DNA of 64,000 nucleotides from Owenia fusiformis (lineage: Eukaryota), in NCBI GenBank assembly GCA_903813345.2, contig CAIIXF020000001.1, positions 23,002,001 to 23,066,000 on the forward strand, in the 5' to 3' direction. Shown here piece after piece: positions 1 through 14,400 of this stretch. The position numbers were made by a program, and so were the translations under genes. A model generated the notes under the pieces. The model did not search any database. It was given only the letters and a program-made list of their open reading frames with translations, and had not been told where the DNA came from. Position 1 is the first letter of the stretch. The number at the start of each line of letters is the position of its first letter.

Positions 1-1430
1 CATCATAACCTAGAGTGTAATACCCCCACCGCCCCCCCCAAAAAAAAAGAATTTGAGCAACCTAGATTTGAATTTCCTCCTCGACAACATTAATGTGATA
101 ACTTCTTTTTGAAAATGTCAATATAAAGTTTTCAGAATGTGATCTAACAGAGTTACTTGAAGGCAGAATCAGTTCTATAGGGGGTAACATAATTGCATGC
201 TTCGTGTGCAATTGATCTACTAGCAGTATATTCCTAACGATATCAAATATAATATCTCCCAAAATCCGCGATATGTTATAAATTGATGGTAAGGTTATTT
301 GAGATTCAAAGTGCAAAAATGGGAACATTTTTTAAATTCTCCCGAAAGATAAATTTGATAGCCACGTTTATAAAAAAGAATACAATTATTGTAAGGATCT
401 GTAGTTTTCTTAAAGTAAAGTATGTATATTTTTAAAACAGACTTGACAATGTGATATGAGCTAAAAATATTCTAAAACTGAAACAATATTTTGTTACGGT
501 TACTTGCTAGATTTGATACTCCCTTTAAGCTCCCATCTTGGAACCTTAAATTCAATATGGCAGCTCCCCGTATATTTATCCCATTTTCAAGATGCCAAAA
601 ACATGTTATATCAATAGTCAATGCAAGCTTTTTGAAATTGGAATAACCCATAATTAGTGTACAAACTCACTAAATGGTCCGATTACATTTCCGCATTTAA
701 GTTACTCTTGGTCGTTTGGTAAAGAAAAAAAGGAATTGACGTTTTGGTAACCAGTAATAAAAAATGAAAGGACTGTGGAATGTGTAATTAAATATATAAT
801 TTATATGAACGAAATACACTCCTTGAAGATACCTACATTGAACATTGTACATTTACAGTTCGAACCCAGGACCTAACTATTCAGGTGTTTTCGTTGTTCG
901 ATGTAAACATGACGTCCCCATCGGCGTGTGAATCTCAACTTTTAAGCTTGCTGTTGATTTAGATCATTCCTTAACTCATAAACAAATTCATTAGCATTAA
1001 AACAAACATTAAAAGATGAAGGTTAAAAGTGACGGAAAGGCAAATGTATTAATCCTTAAATCTACCATCCCATTTGGCAAATATAATACGGGCTGTTCGG
1101 AAGCAAGAATCGGAAAGATCTTATAAGATATATTAACATGAACATGTTGGTTAGATAGTTTGCTTGACAAAAACATTTTACGAGGATTTAAGAATTAAAC
1201 CTCAGTGTTAAATATAAAGTTAAATTCAAATAACTACATTTTCCTTAGGTCATCCTCTGAAGTCAATCTGGATCATTGACTCCTGGGATATTTTGGTTAT
1301 GACATGTACGTGTTACAAAACCAACGATCGCGTCATCTATTTTATTAGGGATTAAAAGAGAATTAAATATAAATCAGTTATAAATCTATCTGAACAGAAA
1401 ACCTACATTCCGTCCAACATCAACAAAACA

Positions 1431-1625
1431 GCCAATCAGCGCCGTATCATACGTATGGACAAGATTTTAGTGTCTTAAAATTTATAATTAGGCAAGGAAG
1501 GTCTTGTTCTGGACAGTTTCAATCATTACTTGGACAGTGACACACACACTTACAGAATTAGTTTTTAGAGTCCGATTCAAACTAGAACAGAAGGACGAAC
1601 AGACGATCACATAACTTTGGTGAAG
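1431..1625 (+). promoter_or_regulatory. Putative core promoter and non-coding first exon of the MAM-TSP1-VWA/EGF gene
   Basis: GCCAATCA at 1431, TATA-like TTTATAATTA at 1481, strong donor GAAG|GTAAGT at 1625/1626; the next acceptor (ttaag, ~2035) lies just upstream of the ATG at 2043. Confidence 0.5.
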
Positions 1626-2042
1626 GTAAGTGTAGTATAACAATTAACTAATGACATAATAATGTGAATAGTTTTTCTCCTAAAATTGAGGAATGTCAAG
1701 TGTTCGACTACACTGAACAACACATTTACCCGAATATATTGGTGTTATTCAGCGTTTTCAAAATTTCAACCCTCACAACGAAGAGCTGTAGATAACTGTA
1801 TCGGCTAGTGTAACGACATTTTAAAATGGCACAAAAGCTGAGAAACCTTTCAAGTGCATGCATTGTTAGCTAGTTTTCATTTAACTAGAAGAAGTCATAT
1901 TATTAAAAAATAGGTCCCTTGTCTAAATATAGAAATTATATCAAAAAACATATTTTCGAAACAGTGTATTCACTTTTTATTACACGAAAAATGAGTTCCT
2001 GCCTTCATTTACCAATATTTCTATACGTTATTAAGGAGGGGA

Positions 2043-5000
2043 ATGGAGCTGTCTACACGGTGTAAATGGCCCGTGGCCCTGTGCTGGCTCTATCTTGTCA
2101 TGGCAGCGCAAGTACACGGTAAAAACTCTTTACTAAAAATTAAACAGAAATAAAACTTGTAAATCCAGAAGGTCACATTTTCTTGCATATATATCTAAAA
2201 TTAATATGTAATCAGTACAACCAAATGATTCTCTTAATTCTGTGATGAAATTAATTCATTTAACAAAAATATGAAATATTGTTGTGAGCTGCAATTTAAA
2301 CGCGATTGACGGTTTTTGATATCATATTCAAGTTATACATACGCACCACAATCGCATTTACTTTTGCCTAGGGACACAATACGATATCTGGAGCTGTGAT
2401 ATCAATCCTTTGGTGACGACTTGCTTCAATGACAGCTTTGCAATGAGTACGTCTTCTAGTGTGGAGTGGACACTGGGTAAAAGAGGAACACCATCTTCGG
2501 GCACTGGTCCGCAATCAGCAGCGACATATGGTATGTTAAAATCAATCTTCCTCCTACCACACCTTCACCAAAATTCATACATTTCAATGTATAACTGCAG
2601 ATCTACTGAAAATAATGCTGACTTAATATAATTGATAACTTGGATATTTTTAATATCCATCATATTCACAAGACATCAATGTTTCAGTTTGCTTTTTATT
2701 GTATAAAACGTGGAATGGAAATGGTATAACCTGAAAATCTCATTTAATCGTTACAGCTGACGGCATGGTATTCCTCGAGGCATCGGGAGGGCAAGAGCAG
2801 AGTGCTACTCTTACCATGTCAGCACCAACAGCTACAACACCACAACCTATGTCCGCATACGACCAAGGATGCCATATTGGTTTCACGTACGCATATTACT
2901 GATGCTACTTCGGAGGAAGCGAAGGAAATGCCCCAGGGTCCATACTTAATTAGTACTGATGAAAATGCTGTAACTTTTTTGTTTTTCATATATCTTTCTA
3001 ATTTTTTCAGTGTGCATTGTTGAGTATTATACTAATGTACTGTGAAAGTTACAGGAATGTGCTCCAACAAGAAGGTGGTGCTGGGTTTAGCCAAAGTTGG
3101 TTATTGGTGGATCGGGTTTGCACGAAAAAAGTCTCAAAATGACCAACTTAAAATGTGAATATTGCTCCTCAGTCGATTGCTTGTGCATCCCCTTATCACA
3201 CTTCATTGTCATCTCTAAATCATAATGAATTATATGGTGTGTGCAACCAACACTTGAATCAGTCATTTTTCTGATAGGAATTTATCCAATATATTTTTAT
3301 TGTATCAATCTGACTATGGGAAGTTACAGCTTTTAGTCACCCCTGTCTGGGTTCATCTCCAACTGATTTTCTCCCTCTTTGAAATAGTTGTACCTACGAT
3401 ATATGCCAGGGGTAGATACATTGTCCTTCCATTAGCTTCATGAATGTCCTTTTTTGTATCCTGTTTTGATTTATCTAGGAGTATATAGAACTTGGTTCTG
3501 CTTCTAATTTGATGCTGAATATTATTGATACTCTCTTCAGAAGTCCATGTGGTGTAATTTCTCCATGAAGTCATCTGATCTTAAAATGCCCTGTGATATT
3601 GGTTCACCGTGAAATGTAATTGTATTCTTATAAATTGCTCTGTGATGTCATTTCCACCTTGCAGTTTGCTCTTTGAAGTCATCAATATGTGCTGCCTTAG
3701 TATTAGTGTGTATTTATCAACTGTCGTAAAATTATGTTTGAAAATGTTCACATTTTAGGTCGGTTATTTTGAAAGAATTTCGTGCAGACCTGAACCACGA
3801 CGAACCACCTTAGGCTCCACCCAGTACCACCTTTCTGTTAGAGTACATTCTTGTAACTATCACTGAACATCAGTACAATGCTCAACAAAGTTAATTAGAA
3901 ATGTAAAAAACTAAAAAAAAGTTACAGCATTTTTATTACTACTTATTGAACACCCTGTAGATAAACTTATCTACATTTAGAGGTTTATCTTTATATGGAG
4001 TTTCACCTACGAACCCTGGGATATTTCCTCCTCTTTTGGGAGGGATGCATTACTGTAAAGAACCTATGAAATGAAATATTGTCTAAATGAAGTCTTACCT
4101 CATGAATGTGTACCCCCCCCCCCCTGTGTACTTCACCTTGCTTGTTGTGTTGGGAAGGTGAAGTAGACAGGGTACATAGTCTTGAGGCATGACTACTCAG
4201 AATGTAGGTACTAATTGATTAAATATCATATATATTTCAGATACCATTGCTATTCAGCTAAGGACGTTCACTATAACCGTGATAAGGATTTTGGTAGACT
4301 TGAGGTGACAGTCGGAGCAGGATCACCTGTCATATTTTGCAATGGTTAGTTAAGTTATTTATAAAAAAAGATATATATGCACTTATTACACGTACAGTTT
4401 CGCAAGTGTTTGGTTAGGTATCATGAATGAGTACTGACATTGAATGCAATTAATTGATATCAAAATCATATTGAGTTTTCCAAATCTAAGGATAACGTTT
4501 AAAGATGGCGTCCGATAACGCATTCTTGGAGGATGTGATCAACAGATGCTGTCATCTTTATGACAGCTTGAGAAAAATCAAGTCTTCCCCCCCCCCGTGT
4601 CACATGTTACTCCTGTACTCCTAAATGAGTTCATATCATCATCGAAATCATTTTAAGACCACCATCTTTGCCATAATTCTTCATCAGATTTTCGAATTTC
4701 AAAAGTTACCCTTCATATGAATTTCTTTTTAGACTACACAGACCTAGACCTAAACTGGCAGCAGGGCTCAGTCAGCTATACTCCAGGCAGTGGTAGCAAT
4801 GTCGTATTCGAGGGTTTTACCGGACAAGGTTTCGAAGGAGATGTGTGCATAAACAACGTCCGACTGTACTGTGAAGGTCAGTAGTAATTTGCATGTCTTC
4901 TTTTACATCTAGATTTTTGTGTTTCACCAATTCACCGGTCCAATATTGAGTTTATTTTGATTGCCATTGATGAGTTTAAAAACAATCAGCATTAAACTAT

Positions 5001-5446
5001 GCTGCTTTAGTGCATCATTATAATTCCATTAGATTCTGTGGTGACAACTACGCTAGGCCCTACAACAACAACAACTGCGCCCGTAACGACCACCATACCA
5101 GCGCCAACCGGATGGAGTGCATGGTCAGAGATATGTAAGGATGCCAGTGGAAATGTTCTCGATTGTGGAGTCCAAGGTTTTGGGTATGAATGACTTAGTG
5201 AATCGATTTGGTACCTTCGTTAATTAAAATTAATTGACCTTTGATACATATGCTCGCAAATTATTGTTTTGCGAACTCTAATAATTGCTACTTGCTGCTG
5301 TTCAAATCTATAAGTTGTACATCTGCCCCAGTCCCAGTCACCCCAGGCTTTTCCTTATTAAACAACTGTGTGTGAGCTAGATGGCTCTTAGAGATTTTAA
5401 TTAAAGGTAGATATTCCTTGCAATTCCATAACCCCAACCCCCCCCC

Positions 5447-5499
<53 letters not shown>

Positions 5500-8400
5500 T
5501 TTTTAGCTTATTATTGCTTGTGTTGTAGCACATACAATCAGGTGTGTGAGACATCAACATGCACAAAGGCAACGACACAATATGTCTTGAACGACATCTT
5601 TGAGGAATACAGAGGAACGACATGTTGGGGAAAATGCAGTAAGTTTCTTTGGCGCTTGGTTGTTCCTTCTTTACAACTCAACACTTCCTCCCAAGAAAAA
5701 GTGTATATCAATACTTCTCATTTTGATTTTGCCTTTTACAAACAAACATTCAGAATTAAAAACATGAAAAAAAGTAAATTAAGAAAAAGACTAGAAGCTA
5801 GTCTTCATACCATTGTAGAAATATATACATATTGTGAAAATATCGGAACAAAACAATATGATACAATACGTTTAACTATTGTTTTGTAACGAAGAGCTCA
5901 AAATATATCTTCATATTTAATCTTCTAGCAAGCGCTGGACAATGGAACGCGTGGGGAAATTTTGGTGCATGCTCAACTACATGTGGTAGTGGTACCTACT
6001 GGAGATATCGTACGTGCGCACGAACATCGAGCCAGTCAGCCTGTGTTGGTAAGACAATATGGCCGGAGTCAATATTGGGGTGGAGGTTTGGGTCAAATGC
6101 TCATACAAAAGCAGCCATGTTAAATCCGGATAGAATTGTGAACTTTTATGCCTACATCAAAATATTGAGTCGTAACCGCTTGGTACACTTCATAGCCATT
6201 CAGGCCGGGTCACCTCTCTATATTTCCTATATTGAAAATCCAGGTGTTTAATAAATTGTGTTTATATCATAATGGGCTTGTTCTTGTAGGCTACGATACT
6301 GAGAGTCAGAACTGTAACACAGATGCTTGTCCTCCCGCTCCCGCTGGCTGTTCTTACAATGGCTGGTCCAGTTGGTCGACCTGTTCGGCAACCTGTGGAC
6401 CTGGAACAAGAACAGCAACACGCACTGATCCCAAAGATCTTATCAACTGTGTAGAAACCCGTAATGAGGCCTGTACTGTCCAGGCGTGTTGGCGTGAGTT
6501 TCGTTCAAATCTTTTTGGCCAGTTTGCTGCACATTTGTATATTTCTGTTTGAAGTCCAACAACAGTAAAAGCTATTTAAGACTGCCAAAGGTTGCCCTAA
6601 AAAGTTTATTCGTTTTCTTCAAATCTAGTGGTATTGTTTATCTGTTAAATTAAACTTGTATCTAGCGTGTCAATATGCTTATTACCATTACTTATGGAGC
6701 ACCAGGTAGTTCATTAAATTCCGACCTTATGTCATTTAAGACTTCAACTGAGTGTCTAAAACCCTTAAGAGGGGTGTATTTGGTCTCAACTATAGCTCGT
6801 TTTATCATTTGTAGAACATGGAGGTTGGAACGATTGGGGTCTGTGGACTGGAACATGCGTTACCTGTGGAACACCCAATACTCTGACGCGACAAAGGGCA
6901 TGTGATAACCCAGTACCGATCGGGACAGGAAGATACTGTCTTGGGTCCAGTGAAGAAGTTCAGAATTGCCCCTACATGGGACAATGTCCTGGTATGTAAA
7001 AATCTATAACACAGTAGATTTTAACTAAATTTTCATATGAATGGGCTTGGGTGATGGCATTACCCCAGTCAATTACGGATTAGTCCATTAGTCCATTAAC
7101 CCTATAACATTCTTCTAGAATTTGTCCTTAATATTGTCGCGCCTGGGCCGATTCGCCGAGCACCCTGTATACTGGGGAAAGGCCTGGGACGACGAAAAGG
7201 GATCTTTGGAGGTGTTTCAAGGGTGTCGACCTGGTTTGGTGGTACGACAGTTACCAATAGAAGATGGCTCCACAAAACAATTATGAACAGGGTTTTTATA
7301 ATCTATTCTAACATAAGTTTTTACAATATAATAACAAAATGTCCATATAATATACAAGTTTCTCTTCAAGAGTCGTCTCTGCTCTGGAGCTTGTTTAACA
7401 CTAAGAGTCACTGCGTCTCTCTATATTCTCCTCCTGTAGTTTGTTCAGCTCTAGGAGTCACTACGTCTCTTAATCTTCTGTATGGAGTTTGTTCAGCTTA
7501 AGGAGCAACCTCAGCTCCGGGAGTCACTTCGTCTCTGGGGAAACCACGCAAACTCTCTCTCTTGGAAGAGTACCAGCCTCTAGAGCACTCTCTGCTTGGG
7601 AGTCGCCACTTCTCGATAAAAACCTCTGCTCTTGGACGATTCACACGCTCGGAGTATCTCAGCTCGGAGTCGTCTCGTCTCAAGAGAAATCAACGCAAAC
7701 TCTGTGTCTCTTGGAGCACCTCAGTTCCGGTAGTGTAACTTTGGCTCAGACACAAACTCTGTCTCTGGAAGGGGTCCAGGCTCTGGAGCAACCTCTGCTC
7801 GGGAGTCGCCACTTCTCGGGAAAAACCCTCTGCTCTTGAACAAGATTCACACGCTCGGAGTATCTTAGCTCGGAGTCGTCTCGTCTTAAGAGAACAATGC
7901 AAACTCTGTGTCTCTTGGAGCACCTCAGTTCCGGTAGTGTAACTTTGGCTCAGACACAAACTCTGTCTCTGGAAGGGGTCCAGGCTCTGGAGCAACCTCT
8001 GCTCGGGAGTCGCCACTTCTCGGGAAAAACCTCTGCTCTTGAACGAGATCCACACGCTCGGAGTATCTTCAATTGGAGTCCTCTCGTCTCTATAAAACTG
8101 TCTCGTGGAAGGGGTCCAGGCTCCGGGAGTATCTTCTGCTCGGGGAGTCGCCACTTCACAGGAGAAACCTCGTCACCCTCTACAGAGAAATAACACCTCT
8201 GGAATGTCAATCAGATGGTGAGATTAGACCAGAGCTGCTACTTCTCGATCTCAGAGTACCTTAGTTCCGGTGGAGTAACCTTGGCTCCAATGGAATAAAC
8301 CTTGCAACACAGAAATACCTTGGTTCCAGTAGTGTAACCTCAGTATCTAACTTCTGGAGGAGTCAAATCACCTCGGAGGGTACATCAAGTTCAGCAACTT

Positions 8401-11400
8401 GTATCAATTTCGGATCATCAATAACTCGGAGGAGGAGAAGAAGCAACTCACGAATATCGATCATTAAACTGAGATTAGACGGAGTTGTATTCTCAACCCT
8501 CGGAGCAGATTCCACTCTAGAATAGATGGAGGAGTAAGCACTCGGAGCAGTGAGTCCTCAGAGTAGGTATGGCTCTCAACTAGATGGAGGAGTAATCACT
8601 CGGAGCTGGCAATCCTCGGAGTAGGTATGGCTCTCAACTAGATGGAGGAGTAATCGCTCGGAGCTGGCAATCCTCGGAGCAGATACAACTCTCGAATATC
8701 AATCACAACGGAGATTAGACAGAGCTGTAACTACTCGGACCAAATATAACTCAGAGGAGATATAACACTTAAATAATTGGAGGAGTAATCACTCGGAGCT
8801 GGCAATTCTCGGAGCCAATGGAGGAGTAATGACTCAGAGCTGACAGTCCTCAGAGCAGACACGACTCTCGAATATCAATCAAACTGAGATTAGACAAGAG
8901 TCGTACCTACTCAAAGCCAATGTAACTCGGAGGAAAAATTGTTCTAAAAATGGTTGGAGGGGTAATAACTCGGAGCAGTGACCTCTTGGAGCAGACGCGA
9001 CTCTCGAATATCAATCAAACTGAGATTAGACAAGAGTTGTAACTACTCAGAGAAGGAATCACTCCTTAAAATGGCGTCACTTCCGTAAAAAATAAAGATG
9101 GCCGACCGCAGGGAACTCTGGGAAGAAGAAATCAAAATGGCGGACGGCAATATGGCGTCAAACTCAATAATCAAATTGTCACTCACCAAAGAACTATCTA
9201 TTGTCTTGTCTTTTCCCCAATTGTCGCAACGCACGCAATTTACATCAAGCAATAGCAGCAAATAGTCAAATAATATCCAAATATAATCCACAGTTGTAAT
9301 CAGCCACGCTCGCACATAAAATGCCCCAAACTGACGAGGTCCTGCTTGTACAAAATCTTGGTAAGCTCTGATTTACAGGTCACGATCTCACGCTAAAGTC
9401 CAGACATCTCAGGTTGCATTATGGGAAAACACAACTTAAGTTGGCGGTAAATTCAAATGAAGCAATCTGATTGGTTGAGCTCTGTTGCTGAGTGCCTAAT
9501 TATTCTAATTTATTCCACTACAGTCTCCTGATCAAGTAAACATCCAAGTTACAGGGACGGAACATTGAATAAACATGACATAACATAAAATCTTGTAAAA
9601 TAAACGTTTATATGCCCTAGTTACTACTCAGGGGGAATTTAAAATTCCCACAATATTGTTCATTTGAGACTAAATATTCCATTGTATGAGAATGATCGAT
9701 GTCGAGTATTGGAAACCTTTTTTTGTTTGTTCTTGTACTTGCATTTTACTAACTTCGAATCAGTATGATTGAAAAGTCCAGTCTTGTGGTTTTGAATTGT
9801 GATCTTGATTTCCGAATTGCGAGGGATGACATTTTGTCATGTTAATTCTATATGGCTTGTGGTTTCTTTTTGCAATCTCTTTGGTTTATTTGACAGAATA
9901 TGTAATTTATACGGGTATTGTTGTTTGCAATATATGTTTCCATGACTTCATGCGGGTCTTAATGTGTTTGGTGTATCTGTTTTCAGTCGACGGGGCATTT
10001 GGAAATTGGATGGCCTGGTCAACATGTCGCTCCCCAACTAAAGATACATGTGGAAGTGGAACGCAGGTGCGCTACAGAGTGTGCAACAACCCACAGCCAA
10101 AATACGGGGGCAATCCTTGTACTGGTGTCATAATGGAGACACAAGCCTGTGACCTCGGGGTCTGTAACACAAGTAGGTCTCACGACAATATAAATTATAA
10201 GCATGATGTAAATTACAGTCATACTTTGTTTTGTCCGAACTTATATAGTATACCATTGCATGAACGTAAAGAAGCTGTCATATTAGCCGTGTAAGCTCAA
10301 GTTTCGCCACCGTGTGGCTAAATTTTGCATAATTTTTTTTTACTAACAAAACTTGTATTTGGTGTGACTATGGAAGTATAGCTGTAAAACGATTTGTTTT
10401 GCCCACCGTGTTTCTATGCCGTGCCCCGCCGTCTGCCCAAAAGTATTGACACAGCCTAAGTGTGAAGGAATTCTAACTTCTCTCTACTTACCAGGATATA
10501 GCTTATATAATTCATGTTTCGTTTTCCAGAGTGTCAAAACGAGGCGGACATTCTCCTGATAGTGGACACTAGCGGCTCGATTAACGACCAAGAGTGGGCT
10601 GACCAGTGCAATATGATTTACGACTTTATCGGGGCCCTTGATGTTGACAGCGGCAGGATCCGCGTTGCGGTTGAAGTTTTCAGCAGAACTGTGAAAACTT
10701 CTTGGGATTTTGACGACCATGATGGGGATTCAGCAGCCATGTTGGATAAAATTGCGAACAGTTGTCAGGGATTAGAAAGAGAAAAATCAACAACGAACCA
10801 TGCGGGTGCTCAAAGACACGCTATATCTGTAAGTTTACGCTATATATCTGGAAGTTGATGATACCCTTATTTTATTATTTTGATCAATTCGGTTCATCTA
10901 TTGCTTAGAAAATACTTGTAAAACGGTTATCTTTACTGGGACACCCGATCTATAAAATGAATGTATATATCAACCATATCTTAACTCCAGAATCTTTGGG
11001 GACAAACCTCAAAAGGAGATCGACTTAATGTTGTCAACGTTGAGTTCATGCTAACTGATGGATGCTCAACATTAAATGCAGATCAAACAGTGATAGCCTC
11101 AGATGAAACACATGCTAGTCCAGAAAACATAACAGTCATTGTTGCTGCTGTTGGCGAGGATCTTACTACTAATCAAACTTGTATGGATATGATGATAAAT
11201 ATGGCCACGGGTGCTGATCCTTATGCATTGGGAACTCTTGTTGAAACCACCGATTTTGTAGATTTGACAAATAAAGTTGATGAATTGGTTACAAAGACTT
11301 GCTTGTGTAAGTACTTGTATTCAATGTTAAACATGTTTTTCCTGAATGGTATTTTAGTATAGTATTGCTATTGTGGTTATTGCGCTTATCGTTATCGAAT

Positions 11401-14400
11401 TCAAGTCTTACATGTATAAAATTACTAATGCACATAGTACAAAGTATTGCAATAATTTTGAACAATCGTCCCACCATCTGAGATCTGGATGATGATTAAT
11501 ACATCTTTATGATGGTGTATTTTCATTTTGTAGTGGCTAGTGCTTGCAACTTACTTGACCCCCCTTGTGGTGACTTAACCCTCCATAGCTGTACACCAAA
11601 GGACCCCGCCTCGCTGATGGATTTCCAATGTACGTGTGGTGGTGGTGCTTGGGGAACAACGTGTTCAGGTAAATATACTGTTTTTGTTTTTTAACGGATT
11701 TTTGTTATAAGTTTAATAGAGATTTTAGAGATTTTAGGAAATAACATGACAGGGTATTACAACGTTCCCTTAAACTTGAATAATCATCAGTTTTAGTGAT
11801 TCGTTTTTCATATTACCCGGTACGTATCTGATAGTTATACAAATTGAAACATGACCAGTGAAGGAAAATATTATCTGCCCAACACAAAAAAAGATATTTC
11901 ACTTTTTGTGATTTTACAACATGGGGTCTATGAGGAATCTCCCAAACCTAGAAGTCACATTTTCAAAAAGATAAAATTTTCAAAGTTGATGAACTCTTTT
12001 CAAAACCATATTCTAAACGTAATTTTACATGTATATTCCAAATATGACACCAGTTTGACTGAATATTGAATTTTTAGTGACGTAAATTAAGATTACTTCT
12101 CGCATCTAGTCTATTTTAGGTAGTCTGGACGCTTCCTAGTCAACTCGTACCCAAGACAACTCGTACCCAAGACAACTCGTACCCAAGACAGCTTGTACCC
12201 AAGACAACTCGTACCCAAGCTTATTTTCAGTATTATGGGTGCATATTAGGGAAATTGAGTTTGTAATGCTTTCATGTTATAATGTGAATCAAATAAGCCT
12301 CAATATTTTTTTGAATTTAGATTTTTTTCTCAATGGATCAGAAAAGCATTTTTTTATTAAATAAAAGAAGTGCTTGAAGCGCTATTTTTTGTCAAACATA
12401 TATATAAATAAATATAATTACAACATTAGATCTGACACTTGTTCCAAACACTCATAAACATACAATATTTTGAAAAATGATTATAAACATATGTCTCTTC
12501 ACTCGAACATCCTGAATCTGTGACCAATATAAAATAATAGTCAATATAAATTGACACTCAGCTCAAAATGTCACAAAATTAAATCAATTTCTTCCGAAAA
12601 TTCGTCTTCAAACTTTAAACTATTCTGAACAGTATATTACAATTATAATATGTATATCTATTCACATTCCCAGTCCAATGTTTGATTCAAAACAAAATAT
12701 ATACTTGGGTACGAGTTGTCTTGGGTACGACTTGTCTTGGGTACGAGTTGACCAGTTACCGTCTGGACTATAGATTTGGTTTTTTTTCTCATACACCCTA
12801 ACTTGCCTTGTCTGACTCGTTTATTTGCAAATGCACCTATTGATATATCTATATCTATAATTCTGGAAAGAAGGATAGTCCTGTATAATCCAGATCTTTT
12901 TATGTATTATTTTCATGTCATGTTAATGGGGGGGGGGCGTTGTTTAATTGCTCACTGGACATGGGTTAGTTGTGGTGAAGACATCTAATCTTCTTTGATA
13001 ATTTCTTTGTTTTGAACAACTTTCTTTATCGGACATTTTCTGACAACACGTCCAAATATAATATACATGAAAAGTCAAAATATTTTGACTCAAATGCAAC
13101 ACTGATTTGGAGCAGCAGTTACAAAGTAGTTTCTTTGCCCATAATACACACTCGGTGCAGAATTGACAAAATGCCAGAACCAGTCCTGTTACTTTTGGAA
13201 CACCCTGTATTGTCCAAATCGGAGAAGCCGGCGGAGAAGCAGCAACAATAACGATTTTAACAGCGTTTCTTAGCGTGAGCAGTTTGGGGTTACCTTGCAT
13301 AAATCACCTTGATTTCTCAATTCACCAACAGCTCTGAAACATCTTCAAATAAAGTTTATCTTTTTGAATTTTCAAAAATTTTCTTTTATTTTGCACCAAA
13401 GCATACAAACGTCATTGATACATACATTAGAGGGGTTTGGTTACAGAACTTTGCAAATAGTTTCTCCCCGGAATTCAAACGCCTAGTCGCCTTAAATCAA
13501 AACAGAGACGACAAGATAAATGGAATGAGCAAGATTACTAACTTAACATTCACAGGAACCTTGAACATTCTAAGGTAGAGCGTACACGTACACATCAATG
13601 CATATGATCGTAATGATTTATGATATATCCTTTCGTTTTTATTCAGGATGTAGCGCACCGAAGGAAATCCAGTTCGTCATTGATAACTCCTACTATGTCA
13701 GCCCAACGGAGTTCACCACGATAAAGGATACAGTAAAAGCAGTCATACAAGAATTCGATGTCGATACCAATCCAGTTAAAGTTGGAGTGATGTTTTACTC
13801 AGATAGTGTGAGTAATTTATATAATATACGTCTCAGAATGGTAAATGCTAGAAAATTTTGAAAACATATTACAAATTAAAACCCCAATGTCCGAAAAAAA
13901 ATTATTCTGTGATATTCTAAGACCATTATATTTCTTTTCAATTAAAACAATTTCACCAAATGATTTGTAATAACCATTATTTTTCAAAATATTTTAGCTT
14001 GTGATAATACATTCGTCTTCTTGGGTGTCTTTATCACTGCTATGTAAATAGGTTAACATAATTTAAATAAAGAAATAAAATAAATGAATGAAAAATGTTG
14101 TGAGTCAGTTGATATGTATTATTCCATTGACGATGTGTTACAGGTGTACCACGCCTTCAAACCTTCTGATGGACTGGATAGTACAAGTATGTTAGCGGCA
14201 ATCGATGCTTCTGCGTATGCCTCTGGAGCGCCCAACGCATACAAGGCATTTCAGGAATTGCCTGCAGCATTTACAGACCCTTGTGAGTGTACCCTATATA
14301 TCGTTTGTAACAATTATTGTTTGTTTGAGATAAGGTTTAAAATGAAACTTGAAGTTCAACGTTCAGCAAGAAGCAGAAAGACTTGAAAGGAGTGGTATCG

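Larger units (their letters stand above)
2372..4876 (+). other. MAM domain exons (2372-2530, 2757-2886, 4241-4344, 4733-4876)
   Basis: Spliced translation WSCD...[16 protein letters not shown]...VFLEAS...CHIGFTYHCY...FGRLEV...WQQGSV...[22 protein letters not shown] matches the MAM consensus. Confidence 0.85.
5033..10172 (+). other. Thr-rich linker plus five thrombospondin type-1 repeats
   Basis: [17 protein letters not shown], then [44 protein letters not shown] and [23 protein letters not shown] motifs. Confidence 0.88.

Noticed and set aside
5288-5623. 111-aa ORF with VCVCVC repeat
   Set aside because: Antisense translation of the (CA)n microsatellite
7489-8264. Overlapping ORFs of 61-154 aa on both strands
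   Set aside because: By-products of GC-richer tandem repeats in the LTR-like element; no domain motifs
12141-12220. Short direct repeats resembling a CRISPR array
   Set aside because: No spacers; eukaryotic intron; inverted copies plus TSD show transposon ends
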